A DNA stretch of 42,344 nt. It comes from Gemmatimonadales bacterium. Lineage in GTDB: Bacteria; Gemmatimonadota; Gemmatimonadetes; Gemmatimonadales; GWC2-71-9. The translations under genes and the position numbers were made by a program. How positions within the stretch are numbered: position 1 is the first letter of the stretch; every line of letters starts with the position of its first letter. Below are positions 1-11,265 of this stretch, in pieces. The notes under the pieces were generated by a model, which saw nothing but the letters and a program-made list of their open reading frames with translations, did no database searches and was not told the origin of the DNA. The stretch is from positions 1 to 42,344 of the forward strand of contig DASUSR010000091.1 of assembly GCA_036375015.1 (NCBI GenBank), in the 5' to 3' direction.

Positions 1-1004
1 GCGGCGCCGAGGCGGTGGAGAACGCGGTCAAGGTGGCGCGGGCATTCACCGGACGACAGGCGGTGGTGTGCTTCGAGCACGGTTTCCACGGCCGCACCAA
101 CCTCGCGATGGCCCTCACCTCCAAGGTGATGCCCTACAAGAAGGGGTTCGGTCCGTTCGCGCCCGAGGTCTACCGGATCCCGTTCCCCTACTGCTACCGG
201 TGCGAGGCGGGACCGCGGGGCGCGCGGAGCCAAGACAGTTGCTGCATGGCCGACGCCGGCTACCTGGAGCGCCTGTTCGCGGCAACCGTAGACCCGGCGT
301 CGGTGGCGGCCGTGGTGATGGAGCTGGAGCTGGGAGAAGGGGGCTTCGTGCCCGCCCCGGTCGAGTTCGTCCGGGCCCTCGCGGCGTTCGCCCGGCAGCA
401 CGGGATCCTCTTCATCGCGGACGAGATCCAGACCGGCTTCGGGCGCACCGGCCGGCTTTTCGCCTGCGAGCACTTCGGACTGGTGCCGGACCTCATCACC
501 ACCGCCAAGTCCCTCGCCGGAGGGCTCCCCCTGGCCGCGGTGACCGGCCGGGCCGAGGTGATGGAGGCTGCGCAGGTCGGCGGCCTGGGCGGCACCTATG
601 GCGGCAACCCTCTCGCCTGCGCGGCCGCCATCGCGGTGCTGGACGCCATGGACTCGGAGGGACTGCCCGAGCGGGCCCGCCGCATCGGCGACCGGATCCG
701 CGCGCGCTTCTGTGAGTGGGCCGCGCTCTGGCCCTGTATCGGCGACGTGCGCGGGCTCGGCGCCATGATCGGCATGGAGCTGGTGACGGACCGGGTTACC
801 CGCGCGCCCGACAGCGCCTCGACCGGACGACTGCTCGCCGCGGCGCTCGACCGCGGCGTGGTGCTGCTCAGCGCCGGCACCTACGGCAACGTCGTCCGGG
901 TGCTGGCGCCGCTCACCATCGAGGATGCCGTGCTGGACGAGGGGCTGGACGCGATGGTGGGCGCGCTCGAGGCGGTCGCGGGCGACGCCCGGCAGCGGCG
1001 CTAG
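1..1004 (+). CDS. gabT: Class-III PLP aminotransferase, 4-aminobutyrate (GABA) aminotransferase-like; 5' end lies upstream of the window (frame of ORF 15..1004)
   Basis: The reading frame is open to the window edge. It carries DEIQTGFGRTG and TTAKSLAGGLPLAAVTGRAEVM...GGLGGTYGGNPLACAAA, which closely follow the PLP-lysine and C-terminal region of E. coli GabT as I remember it. Confidence 0.85.
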   Translation, partial: GAEAVENAVKVARAFTGRQAVVCFEHGFHGRTNLAMALTSKVMPYKKGFGPFAPEVYRIPFPYCYRCEAGPRGARSQDSCCMADAGYLERLFAATVDPASVAAVVMELELGEGGFVPAPVEFVRALAAFARQHGILFIADEIQTGFGRTGRLFACEHFGLVPDLITTAKSLAGGLPLAAVTGRAEVMEAAQVGGLGGTYGGNPLACAAAIAVLDAMDSEGLPERARRIGDRIRARFCEWAALWPCIGDVRGLGAMIGMELVTDRVTRAPDSASTGRLLAAALDRGVVLLSAGTYGNVVRVLAPLTIEDAVLDEGLDAMVGALEAVAGDARQRR

Positions 1005-1017
1005 GAGAGCCGCCTTC

Positions 1018-2142
1018 GTGCCCGCGCCCGATTCCGCCGGCAGCCCCCCCGCCGTCCAGCTGGTTCGCGTTTCCAAGACGTTCGGCGGCGTGAAGGCGGT
1101 CCACGCCGTCTCCATCGAGATCCGGCGGGGGGAGTTCTTCTCGCTCCTCGGGCCCTCGGGCTGCGGGAAGACCACGACGCTGCGGCTCCTGGCGGGGTTC
1201 GAGGAGCCGGATGACGACGGCGGCGAGGTCCGGCTCATGGGGCAGGTGGTCAACGGCCGGCGGCCCTACGAGCGCCGGGTGGCCATGGTCTTCCAGAACT
1301 ATGCGCTGTTCCCCCACCTCTCCGTGGAGCGGAACGTGGCGTTCGGCCTGGAGCAGCGGAAGACTCCCGCGGCGGAGAAGGCCGAGCGCGTGCGTCGGGC
1401 GCTCGTGATGGTCCGGCTCGAGCCCGACGTCTTCGCCCGGCGCATGCCGGCACAGCTCTCCGGGGGCCAGCGGCAGCGGGTGGCCCTGGCTCGGGCCCTC
1501 GTGCTGGAGCCCGACATCCTGCTCCTGGACGAGCCGCTGGGCGCGATCGACCTCAAACTCCGCAAGGAGATGCAGCTCGAGCTCAAGGCGCTCAACCAGC
1601 AGCTCGGCACCACCTTCGTCTACGTCACCCACGACCAGGAGGAAGCGCTGACCATGTCCGACCGCATCGCGGTCATGGACAACGCTCGGGTGGCGCAGCT
1701 GGGGACGCCTGCCGAGATCTACGAGAACCCCCGGACCGCGTTCGTGGCCAAGTTCATCGGAGAATCGAACTTCTTCGAGGGCGAGACGGGCCGAGCGGCA
1801 GGACACTGGGTGGTGAGCCGCAACGGCGGCAGCTTTCGGGTGCCGGACCACCCGGGACTGGCCGAGGGGAAGCGGGTCCGCATCGCGGTCCGTCCCGAGT
1901 GGATGGACGTGTGCCGGCCCGACGCCGTGCCCGCCGGCGAGAACGCCGTCTGCGGAGCCATCCGCGACGTCATCTACCTGGGCGAGACCATGCACGTCAT
2001 CGTGGCCGTGCCCGGCCTGGCCGACATCACCGTCGCGGTGCGGAACGAGGGGCAGCTCATCAAGCCGCTGCCCTGGAAGCGGGGCGACCCGGCGGCGGTG
2101 GCCTGGCTGCCGGAGGACTGCCAGGTCCTGGAGGACGAGTAG
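1018..2142 (+). CDS. potA: Spermidine/putrescine ABC transporter ATP-binding protein
   Basis: Walker A GPSGCGKTT, ABC signature LSGGQRQR, Walker B LLLDEP, and a C-terminal regulatory tail. GTG 1018 lies 8 nt after GGAGAG (1004-1009). The ORF-track start at 925 would overlap gabT and was trimmed. Confidence 0.88.
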   Translation: MPAPDSAGSPPAVQLVRVSKTFGGVKAVHAVSIEIRRGEFFSLLGPSGCGKTTTLRLLAGFEEPDDDGGEVRLMGQVVNGRRPYERRVAMVFQNYALFPHLSVERNVAFGLEQRKTPAAEKAERVRRALVMVRLEPDVFARRMPAQLSGGQRQRVALARALVLEPDILLLDEPLGAIDLKLRKEMQLELKALNQQLGTTFVYVTHDQEEALTMSDRIAVMDNARVAQLGTPAEIYENPRTAFVAKFIGESNFFEGETGRAAGHWVVSRNGGSFRVPDHPGLAEGKRVRIAVRPEWMDVCRPDAVPAGENAVCGAIRDVIYLGETMHVIVAVPGLADITVAVRNEGQLIKPLPWKRGDPAAVAWLPEDCQVLEDE

Positions 2143-3032
2143 TGGGCGGGCTCCGGGAGCGGCTGCTGGCCTGGCTGTACCAGCGGCCGCAGGCACGGGC
2201 CTGGGCGCTGCTCGCGCCCGGCACCCTCTGGCTGATCGGCTTCTTCCTGATCCCGATCCTCATCATGCTGGCCTACAGCATGATGCCCCGGGGGATCTAC
2301 GGCGGGGTGGAGCAGGGCTTCACGTCGGAGCACTACCGTCGCTTCTTCGATCCGCTCTACCTGGACATCCTCCGGCGCACCTTCGTCTGGTCGCTCGCCT
2401 GCACCGCGATCTGCCTGCTGCTGGGCTACCCGGTGGCGTTCACCATCGCTCGCGCCGGCCGCTGGAAGAACCTGCTGCTCCTCCTGGTCGTGCTGCCGTT
2501 CTGGACCAGCTTCCTGGTGCGCACCTTCGCCATGATTTTCCTGATGCGCGACTCCGGGCTGATCAACAGCTGGCTGGCCGGACTGGGCCTCGTGGCCGAG
2601 CCGATCACGATGCTGTACACCCCGTTCGCGGTGATGGTCGGGCTGGTCTACGGCTTTCTTCCGTTCATGATCCTGCCGATCTACGCGTCGCTCGAGAAGC
2701 TCGACCTCTCCCTGCTGGAGGCGGCCGAGGTGCTGGGGGCCCGGCCGCTGCAGCGGTTCCGGCGGGTCACCCTGCCGCTCTCGATGCCCGGCGTGGTGGC
2801 GGGGTGCCTCCTCGTGTTCATCCCCGCCCTCGGGTCCTTCCTCACCGCCGACCTGCTGGGCGGGGCCAAGCAGATGATGATCGGCAACCTGGTGCAGAAC
2901 CAGTTCTCCGCGGCCCGCAACTGGCCGTTCGGGTCGGCGGCGTCCTTCATCGTGATGGCGCTGGTGCTGGTGGCGGTGCTGCTCTACCTGCGGGTGCGGG
3001 ACCGCTCGCCGGCCGGCGGGGTGCTCCGATGA
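2142..3032 (+). CDS. potB: Polyamine ABC transporter permease
   Basis: Multi-TM protein with the EAA-loop region LLEAAEVLGARPLQRFRRVTLP. GTG 2142 shares a base with the potA TAG stop. The upstream part of ORF 1899.. is out-of-context overlap with potA. Confidence 0.85.
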   Translation: MGGLRERLLAWLYQRPQARAWALLAPGTLWLIGFFLIPILIMLAYSMMPRGIYGGVEQGFTSEHYRRFFDPLYLDILRRTFVWSLACTAICLLLGYPVAFTIARAGRWKNLLLLLVVLPFWTSFLVRTFAMIFLMRDSGLINSWLAGLGLVAEPITMLYTPFAVMVGLVYGFLPFMILPIYASLEKLDLSLLEAAEVLGARPLQRFRRVTLPLSMPGVVAGCLLVFIPALGSFLTADLLGGAKQMMIGNLVQNQFSAARNWPFGSAASFIVMALVLVAVLLYLRVRDRSPAGGVLR

Positions 3033-3844
3033 CCTTCCGGACTCCGCGTGCGGTGGTGGCGCTCACGGTCGGAGTGTTTCTCTTCCTCCACCTGCCCATT
3101 CTGGTTCTGGTGGCGTTCTCCTTCAACGATTCCAAGTTCTCCGTGGAGTGGCAGGGGTTCACCCTGGGCTGGTACCAGCGGCTGCTGGAGCGGCCCGACA
3201 TCCTCCGCGGGCTGCGCGCCAGCCTCATCGTCGGCGTGTTCTCCACCCTGATCTCGGCGGCCCTCGGAACCCTGCTCGCCCTCGGGCTCGCGCGGCACCG
3301 GTTCCGCGGCCGCAGGGCGCTCGAGGGATTTCTCTACGTGCCGGTCGTGACCCCGGAGATCGTGGTCGGGATCTCGCTCCTCATCCTGTTCGCGCTGTTC
3401 AAGATCCCGCTCGGGCTCACCACCATCACCATCGCGCACGTCGCGTTCAGCGTCTCGTTCGTGGTGATCGTCGTGCTCGCCCGGCTGGAGGGGATGGACG
3501 CCACGCTCGAGGAGGCGGCCATGATCCTCGGCGCCGACGAGATCACCACCTTCTGGAAGGTGACGGTGCCGCAGCTGTGGCCCGGCATCCTGTCCGGCGC
3601 CCTGCTCGCCTTCACGATGTCGTTCGACGACTTCGTCATCACCTCGTTCGTGTCGGGATCGGGGTCCTCTACCCTGCCGATCGTGGTCTACGGCATGGTG
3701 CGCCGCAACGTCGAGCCGAGCATCAATGCGATCAGCACCATCATCCTGCTGGTGACCACGATCCTGATCTATCTGGCCGACCGCGTCGGCCGCGAGCGGC
3801 CGAACCGCCTCGAACCGAGGGGAGACTCACGTGGACAAGCGTAG
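3029..3844 (+). CDS. potC: Polyamine ABC transporter permease
   Basis: Six-TM-like hydrophobic profile with EAA loop LEEAAMILGADEITTFWKVTVPQ. ATG 3029 overlaps the potB stop (ATGA). Confidence 0.85.
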   Translation: MTFRTPRAVVALTVGVFLFLHLPILVLVAFSFNDSKFSVEWQGFTLGWYQRLLERPDILRGLRASLIVGVFSTLISAALGTLLALGLARHRFRGRRALEGFLYVPVVTPEIVVGISLLILFALFKIPLGLTTITIAHVAFSVSFVVIVVLARLEGMDATLEEAAMILGADEITTFWKVTVPQLWPGILSGALLAFTMSFDDFVITSFVSGSGSSTLPIVVYGMVRRNVEPSINAISTIILLVTTILIYLADRVGRERPNRLEPRGDSRGQA

Positions 3845-4991
3845 GGAGCTCGAACAGCTCGTCGCCCGGCTTGAGCGGGGCGCGATCTCGCGGCGGGATT
3901 TCGTCCGGGGGGCGATGGGTCTCGGACTCGGCCTCGGCTCGGTGGGGCTCCTCCTCGCGGCCTGCGGCGGCGGGCGGGAAGGCGGGGCCCCCGCCGGCAC
4001 GGACAGCGCCGGCCGGCCGGTGGCGACGGAGCTGGGGCCGCTGGAAAAGGAGCTGCACATCTACAACTGGTCGGACTACATCGCGGACGACACGGTGCCG
4101 AACTTCGAGAGGGAGTTCGGGGTCAAGGTGACCTACGACACCTACGAGAGCAACGAGGAGATGGTGGCCAAGCTCCAGGCCGGGGCCACGGGGTACGACA
4201 TCATCGTCCCGTCGGGCTACATCCTTCCCGTGCTCACGGCCACCGAGCTGATCGAGCCGATCAGCCGCAGGTATCTCACCAACTGGGGCAACCTGTCGTC
4301 CATCTTCCAGGACACGCCCCAGGATCCCGGCAGCGTTCACAGCGTTCCCTGGCAGTGGGGCACCTCCGGGATCGCCTACCGGAGCGACCGCATCGCGACC
4401 CCGGTGGACAGCTGGGGGGTGTTCCACGACCGTCGGTTCCGCGGCAAGATGACGATGATGGACGACGGCCGCGAGGTGATCGGGGCCTTCCTCCGCTATC
4501 GGGGTCACTCGCTCAACTCCACCGACCCCGAGGAGCTGGCCGCCGCCAAGACCGACGCGATCGCGGCCAAGCAGCACCTCAAGGCCTACATCTCGGCGCC
4601 GGTCAAGGCGCAGCTCATCTCGGGCGATGTCTGGCTGGCTCAGCTCTGGAACGGCGACACCGCGCAGGCCAGGGCCGAGCAGCCCAATCTGGCCTACGTC
4701 ATTCCCAAGGAGGGGTGCACCATCTGGGGTGACTCGATGGCGGTGCCCAGGAGCGCGCGCAACAAACGGGCGGCGCACGAGTGGATGAACTACATCCTCC
4801 GGCCGGAGGTCGGCGCCGCCCTGTCCGAGGCGACCGGATACGGTACGCCGAACGCGGCTTCGGCCAAGCTGATGAAGGACCCCGCCCCCTACCCGACCGA
4901 GGACGAGCTCAGACGGCTCGAGTACCAGGTGGACCTGGGCAGGGACACGGCGGTCTGGGACCAGCTCTGGACCGAGATCAAGTCCGCCTAG
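3831..4991 (+). CDS. potD: Polyamine (spermidine/putrescine) periplasmic binding protein, PotD/PotF family, with Tat-like signal and lipobox
   Basis: PotD/F-like blocks are present (LHIYNWSDYI, IIVPSGY, WQWGTSGIAYR, WGDSMAVP). The N-terminus has SRRDFV followed by a hydrophobic stretch and LLAAC. The start overlaps the potC stop. Confidence 0.82.
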   Translation: MDKRRELEQLVARLERGAISRRDFVRGAMGLGLGLGSVGLLLAACGGGREGGAPAGTDSAGRPVATELGPLEKELHIYNWSDYIADDTVPNFEREFGVKVTYDTYESNEEMVAKLQAGATGYDIIVPSGYILPVLTATELIEPISRRYLTNWGNLSSIFQDTPQDPGSVHSVPWQWGTSGIAYRSDRIATPVDSWGVFHDRRFRGKMTMMDDGREVIGAFLRYRGHSLNSTDPEELAAAKTDAIAAKQHLKAYISAPVKAQLISGDVWLAQLWNGDTAQARAEQPNLAYVIPKEGCTIWGDSMAVPRSARNKRAAHEWMNYILRPEVGAALSEATGYGTPNAASAKLMKDPAPYPTEDELRRLEYQVDLGRDTAVWDQLWTEIKSA

Positions 4992-5013
4992 CGCCGAAAG
5001 GAGCGCCGCCCCG

Positions 5014-6366
5014 TTGCGCGCGACGAACGAACGGATCCTGGAGCACACCCGCCGGTATCTCGACCTCATCGGCGGCCGCGAGATGTCGCTGGAGGAGCAG
5101 CAGGCCTTCATCGGCGAGACCGTGGACGCCTACGAGCGCCACGTGAATCGCGGCTTCATCGGCTACCGGAAGTCGGTCACCGAGGCGGGGCAGTTCGCCG
5201 CCGTGGAGTGGTCCGGCTGCGGCTCCATCCTGCAGGATCTCCTCGGCCGCCAGTACATCGACTGTCTGGGCGGCTACGGGATCTTCAGCGCCGGCGTGAA
5301 CCACCCCAAGATCGTGAAAGCGGTGACCGACCAGATGCGCCGGATGGCGCTCAACAGCCAGGAGCTGCTCGAGCCCTGGCGCGCCGCGCTCGCCAAGCTG
5401 CTCGCGATGGTGACGCCCGGCGAGCTGCAGAACGCGTTCTTCATCAACAACGGCACCGACGCGATCGAGGGCGCCATCAAGCTGGCGCGGCTCTACACCC
5501 GCCGGAACACGTTCATCTCGACCCTCGGCGGGTTTCACGGCAAATCGATGGGGTCGCTCTCGCTCATGGGCAAGGCGTCGTTTCGCGAGCCGTTCATGGG
5601 CGGGCTCCAGGACGTCCGCTTCGTCCCGTACGGCGATGCCGACGCGCTTCGGGCCGAGCTGGAGAAGGCCGAGCAGGTGGGAACGCCGATCGCCGGCTTC
5701 GTCGTGGAGCCGGTGCAGGGCGAGGCCGGCGGGGTGGTGCCGCCGGACGAGTATCTGCCGCGGGCCCGCGAGCTCTGCACCCGTCACGGCGCCCTGCTGA
5801 TCGCCGACGAGATCCAGACCGGAATGGGGCGTACCGGCCGGCTCTGGGGCGTGGACCACAGCGGGGTGGTGCCCGACATCATGTGCCTGGGGAAGTCGCT
5901 CGGCGGCGGGGTCATGCCCCTCTCCGCCTTCATCGCACCCGCCGAGATCTGGGAGGTGATGATCCCCAATCCCATCATCCATTCCACCACGTTCGGCGGC
6001 AACCCGATGGCCTGCGCCGCCGGCATCGCCGCCATCGAGGTGACGCTGGAGGAGGACCTGCCGGGCCAGGCGGCGGCCAAGGGCGAGTTCCTGCTGCGGG
6101 AGCTCGCCGCCCTGCGGGAACGCTACCCCCAGGTGCTGGTGGACGCCCACGGCCGGGGCCTGCTGCTGGGCATGGAGTTCCCCACCGACCGGATCGGCTT
6201 CGCCTGCGCGGCGGGGCTCTTCAAGCGCGGCGTGCTGGTGGCCGGTACCTACTCCAGGGCGCGCACCATCCGGATCGAGCCGGCCCTGGGCATCCCGATG
6301 GCGCTGCTGGAGGAGATGCTGAATCGGCTGGAGGACACCTTCAAGGAGGTGGCGGTCGCCGGCTGA
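5014..6366 (+). CDS. patA: Putrescine--2-oxoglutarate aminotransferase (class-III PLP enzyme)
   Basis: Collinear by eye with E. coli PatA/YgjG: HVNRGFIGYRKSV..AVEW, YIDCLGGYGIF, DEIQTGMGRTG, CLGKSLGGGVMP (PLP lysine), TTFGGNPMACAAG, RVLVAGT..TIRIEP. TTG start at 5014. Confidence 0.85.
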   Translation: MRATNERILEHTRRYLDLIGGREMSLEEQQAFIGETVDAYERHVNRGFIGYRKSVTEAGQFAAVEWSGCGSILQDLLGRQYIDCLGGYGIFSAGVNHPKIVKAVTDQMRRMALNSQELLEPWRAALAKLLAMVTPGELQNAFFINNGTDAIEGAIKLARLYTRRNTFISTLGGFHGKSMGSLSLMGKASFREPFMGGLQDVRFVPYGDADALRAELEKAEQVGTPIAGFVVEPVQGEAGGVVPPDEYLPRARELCTRHGALLIADEIQTGMGRTGRLWGVDHSGVVPDIMCLGKSLGGGVMPLSAFIAPAEIWEVMIPNPIIHSTTFGGNPMACAAGIAAIEVTLEEDLPGQAAAKGEFLLRELAALRERYPQVLVDAHGRGLLLGMEFPTDRIGFACAAGLFKRGVLVAGTYSRARTIRIEPALGIPMALLEEMLNRLEDTFKEVAVAG

Positions 6367-6458
6367 CCGACCGGTGACCACCATCACCGAGCCGGCCCGC
6401 CCTCCCCGCGGACATTGCCGGGAACGCCCACACGGGGCGTCAACGCGAGGAGGAACCC

Positions 6459-6725
6459 ATGACGCGAGCGATCGATCCCGTGTGTGGGATGGCGGTGGAC
6501 CCGGGCACGTCGGCCCAGGTGACCCATCAGTCCCGCACCTATCATTTCTGCTCCGAGCAGTGTCACCGCGCCTTCCGCGAGGACCCCGACCGCTACCTCG
6601 GTGGATTCGAGCGCCACGAGCCGCCCTATACGGCGGGCGAGAAGTCGGCGGCGCCGAAGTTCGGCTCCGCCGGCAGCGGCGGTCTGGAGCACGAGCCGGG
6701 GCCGGAGATCCACGACAAGCCATGA
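6459..6725 (+). CDS. YHS/TRASH-domain metal-binding protein
   Basis: DPVCGMAV...YHFCSEQCHRAF is the YHS-domain cysteine pattern. High GC3. Confidence 0.75.
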   Translation: MTRAIDPVCGMAVDPGTSAQVTHQSRTYHFCSEQCHRAFREDPDRYLGGFERHEPPYTAGEKSAAPKFGSAGSGGLEHEPGPEIHDKP

Positions 6726-7387
6726 GCCCCGCCCGACGGTCCGCCCGGGCCGCCGGGCCGGTGACGGGGTCCGCGGCCGATTTCCTTCCGCCCCGGCCGA
6801 CGCTGCCCAGGCTCCGAGCGGCGGCCCAAGGCTGCCGCGGCTGCGACCTCTGGCTCAACGCCACGCAAACCGTGTTCGGCGAGGGACCGGTCTCGGCCGA
6901 CGTGATGTTCGTCGGCGAGCAGCCGGGGGACCAGGAGGATCGCGCCGGTCACCCGTTCGTGGGCCCCTCCGGCCGCCTGCTCGATGCCGCGCTGGAGGAG
7001 GCGGGGATCGACCGCGGACGGGTCTACGTCACCAACGCCGTCAAGCACTTCAAGTTCGTCCAGAAGGAGCTGACCCGGCGGCGCCTCCACAAGAAGCCCA
7101 ACGCGGCGGAGGTGCGCGCCTGCCACCCCTGGCTGGAGGAGGAGATCCGGGTGGTCAAGCCACGGGTGATCGTGGCGCTCGGGAGCACCGCCGCGCAGGC
7201 GCTCCTCGGCACGGCCTTCCGCGTCACCGAGCAGCGCGGCCGCGCGGTCGATTCGGAGTGGGGCCAGGTGCTGGCGACGGTACACCCTTCCGCCGTGCTC
7301 CGGGCCCCCGATGCTGCGCGGGAAACCGCCCGCCGGGAGTTCTTCAGCGACATCCGGCTCGTCGCGAAGCACCTGGCCCGGCGATAG
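6722..7387 (+). CDS. udgX: Family-4 uracil-DNA glycosylase of the UdgX (covalent crosslinking) type
   Basis: CRGC Fe-S cysteines, GEQPGDQED (motif A), NAVKHFKF-x7-RRRLHKKP (equivalent of the UdgX KRRIH loop) and VHPSAVLR (motif B). Near-collinear with M. smegmatis UdgX as I recall it. ATG 6722 overlaps the YHS gene stop (ATGA). The N-terminal 116 codons of ORF 6374.. were rejected. Confidence 0.8.
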   Translation: MSPARRSARAAGPVTGSAADFLPPRPTLPRLRAAAQGCRGCDLWLNATQTVFGEGPVSADVMFVGEQPGDQEDRAGHPFVGPSGRLLDAALEEAGIDRGRVYVTNAVKHFKFVQKELTRRRLHKKPNAAEVRACHPWLEEEIRVVKPRVIVALGSTAAQALLGTAFRVTEQRGRAVDSEWGQVLATVHPSAVLRAPDAARETARREFFSDIRLVAKHLARR

Positions 7388-7388
7388 G

Positions 7389-8225
7389 CTACTCCCCGGC
7401 CGGCGCCCCCCCGACGGCCCTCGCCCAGCCGATCGATACCCCGCCCCAGAGTTTCAGGTCGCTATCCGGGTCGGTGGGTGAGGTGACCTTGGTGAAATCG
7501 TCCGAGTTGATCTGGACATGCAGGCTCGGGGTGATCGAGAACAGCCCCGCCGTGAGGGGGAGCCCCGCCGACAGATCCAGATGGGTAAGCCCGTTGTCCA
7601 GGAAGTTGGCCGTGTCGTCGGAATCCACGTCGAACGCCTGTCCCGCACTGAACGCCACGAGTCCGCCGAGCTCCAGGGAGAGCGTCTCGCTGAGCGGCAG
7701 CGCGTGGCCGACGGTGCCCTCGATGTACGCGCCGTTCACCTTGTCCACGTCGTAGTAGACGGCGATCTCGGGGGCGAGCGGCACGGCGAGGCCCACTTTC
7801 CCGTACACTTCCCAGGTGTTGAAGTCCTCGGTCAGCCCCGCGTCGTTGGGGAAGACGTAGCCGATGACGCCCGCCGAGAGAGTCGCCTTTCCCGCGGGCA
7901 CACTCACCTCGGCATAGGGGTTGAACTCGGCGAGGTCGAAGGCCGACAGCCCGCCGCTCTCGCTGAGATCGTCGTTGGGATCGTCGTACTCCCCGATGTC
8001 GACGTTGGCCCAGCCGCCTGCGGTGAAGGAGACGCCGCCCGCCGGGAAGCTCAGGTACAGATTGGGCTGCGCCACGGGCTTGTTGGTCAGCGTCAGGCCG
8101 CGCCACACGTACGAGCTGTACAGAGCCAGATCCGCGCCCACCGTGGCCTGGGCTCGCACCGGCGCCGCATGCGCCACGAGTGCGCCCAGGACCAGGGCGC
8201 CCGGCAGGGCCTTCCCTCGCTTCAT
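7389..8225 (-). CDS. Beta-barrel outer membrane protein (TIGR02001/Gcw_chp-like)
   Basis: Signal peptide MKRGKALPGALVLGALVAHAAPVRAQA followed by YSSYVWRGLTLTN and alternating beta-strand patterns. GGAGAG RBS precedes ATG (rc of 8223-8225). Confidence 0.75.
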   Translation of the reverse strand: MKRGKALPGALVLGALVAHAAPVRAQATVGADLALYSSYVWRGLTLTNKPVAQPNLYLSFPAGGVSFTAGGWANVDIGEYDDPNDDLSESGGLSAFDLAEFNPYAEVSVPAGKATLSAGVIGYVFPNDAGLTEDFNTWEVYGKVGLAVPLAPEIAVYYDVDKVNGAYIEGTVGHALPLSETLSLELGGLVAFSAGQAFDVDSDDTANFLDNGLTHLDLSAGLPLTAGLFSITPSLHVQINSDDFTKVTSPTDPDSDLKLWGGVSIGWARAVGGAPAGE

Positions 8226-8258
8226 GGTCTCTCCAGTGTTGAGGTGTACCAGCATGCG

Positions 8259-8292
8259 CAAACAAAGAACCCGCCTCGAACGTCGAGCGGGT
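8259..8292 (-). terminator. Intrinsic terminator downstream of the kinase gene
   Basis: On the minus strand: CCCGCUCGA-CGU-UCGAGGCGGG stem (8270-8291) followed by UUCUUUGUUUG. Confidence 0.6.
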
Positions 8293-8417
8293 CGGGGAAC
8301 GACTATGCCTGATATGAGCGCGGTGGCCCGACGGCCCTACGTGAAGGCTGGGTGGATGGTGTTGCGGTTGGGATTTCGCGCAGACGAGTGGGCCATGCGC
8401 CAATATGTATCAGCCGG

Positions 8418-11129
<2,712 letters not shown>

Positions 11130-11265
11130 GCGAGTGCGGAATCTACGGTGCGGCGCCGCCCTGCGACACCGTGGCGACAGCGACGCGCCAGGCGTCTCCC
11201 CTGCAGTTGCGCGCTCGGCCACCCGCGTGCAGCTTGCCTAGCATCCCCCCTCGCACAGAGGCCGC

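Noticed and set aside
6374-6721. N-terminal 116 codons of ORF 6374..7387, and the upstream extensions of ORFs 925.., 1899.., 2804.., 18609.., 21074.., 22650.., 29052..30056, 33975.., 37221.. and 38237...
   Set aside because: The extensions overlap the preceding genes in another frame and are low-complexity. Motif-bearing domains begin at internal ATG/GTG codons positioned at or near the upstream stop codons.
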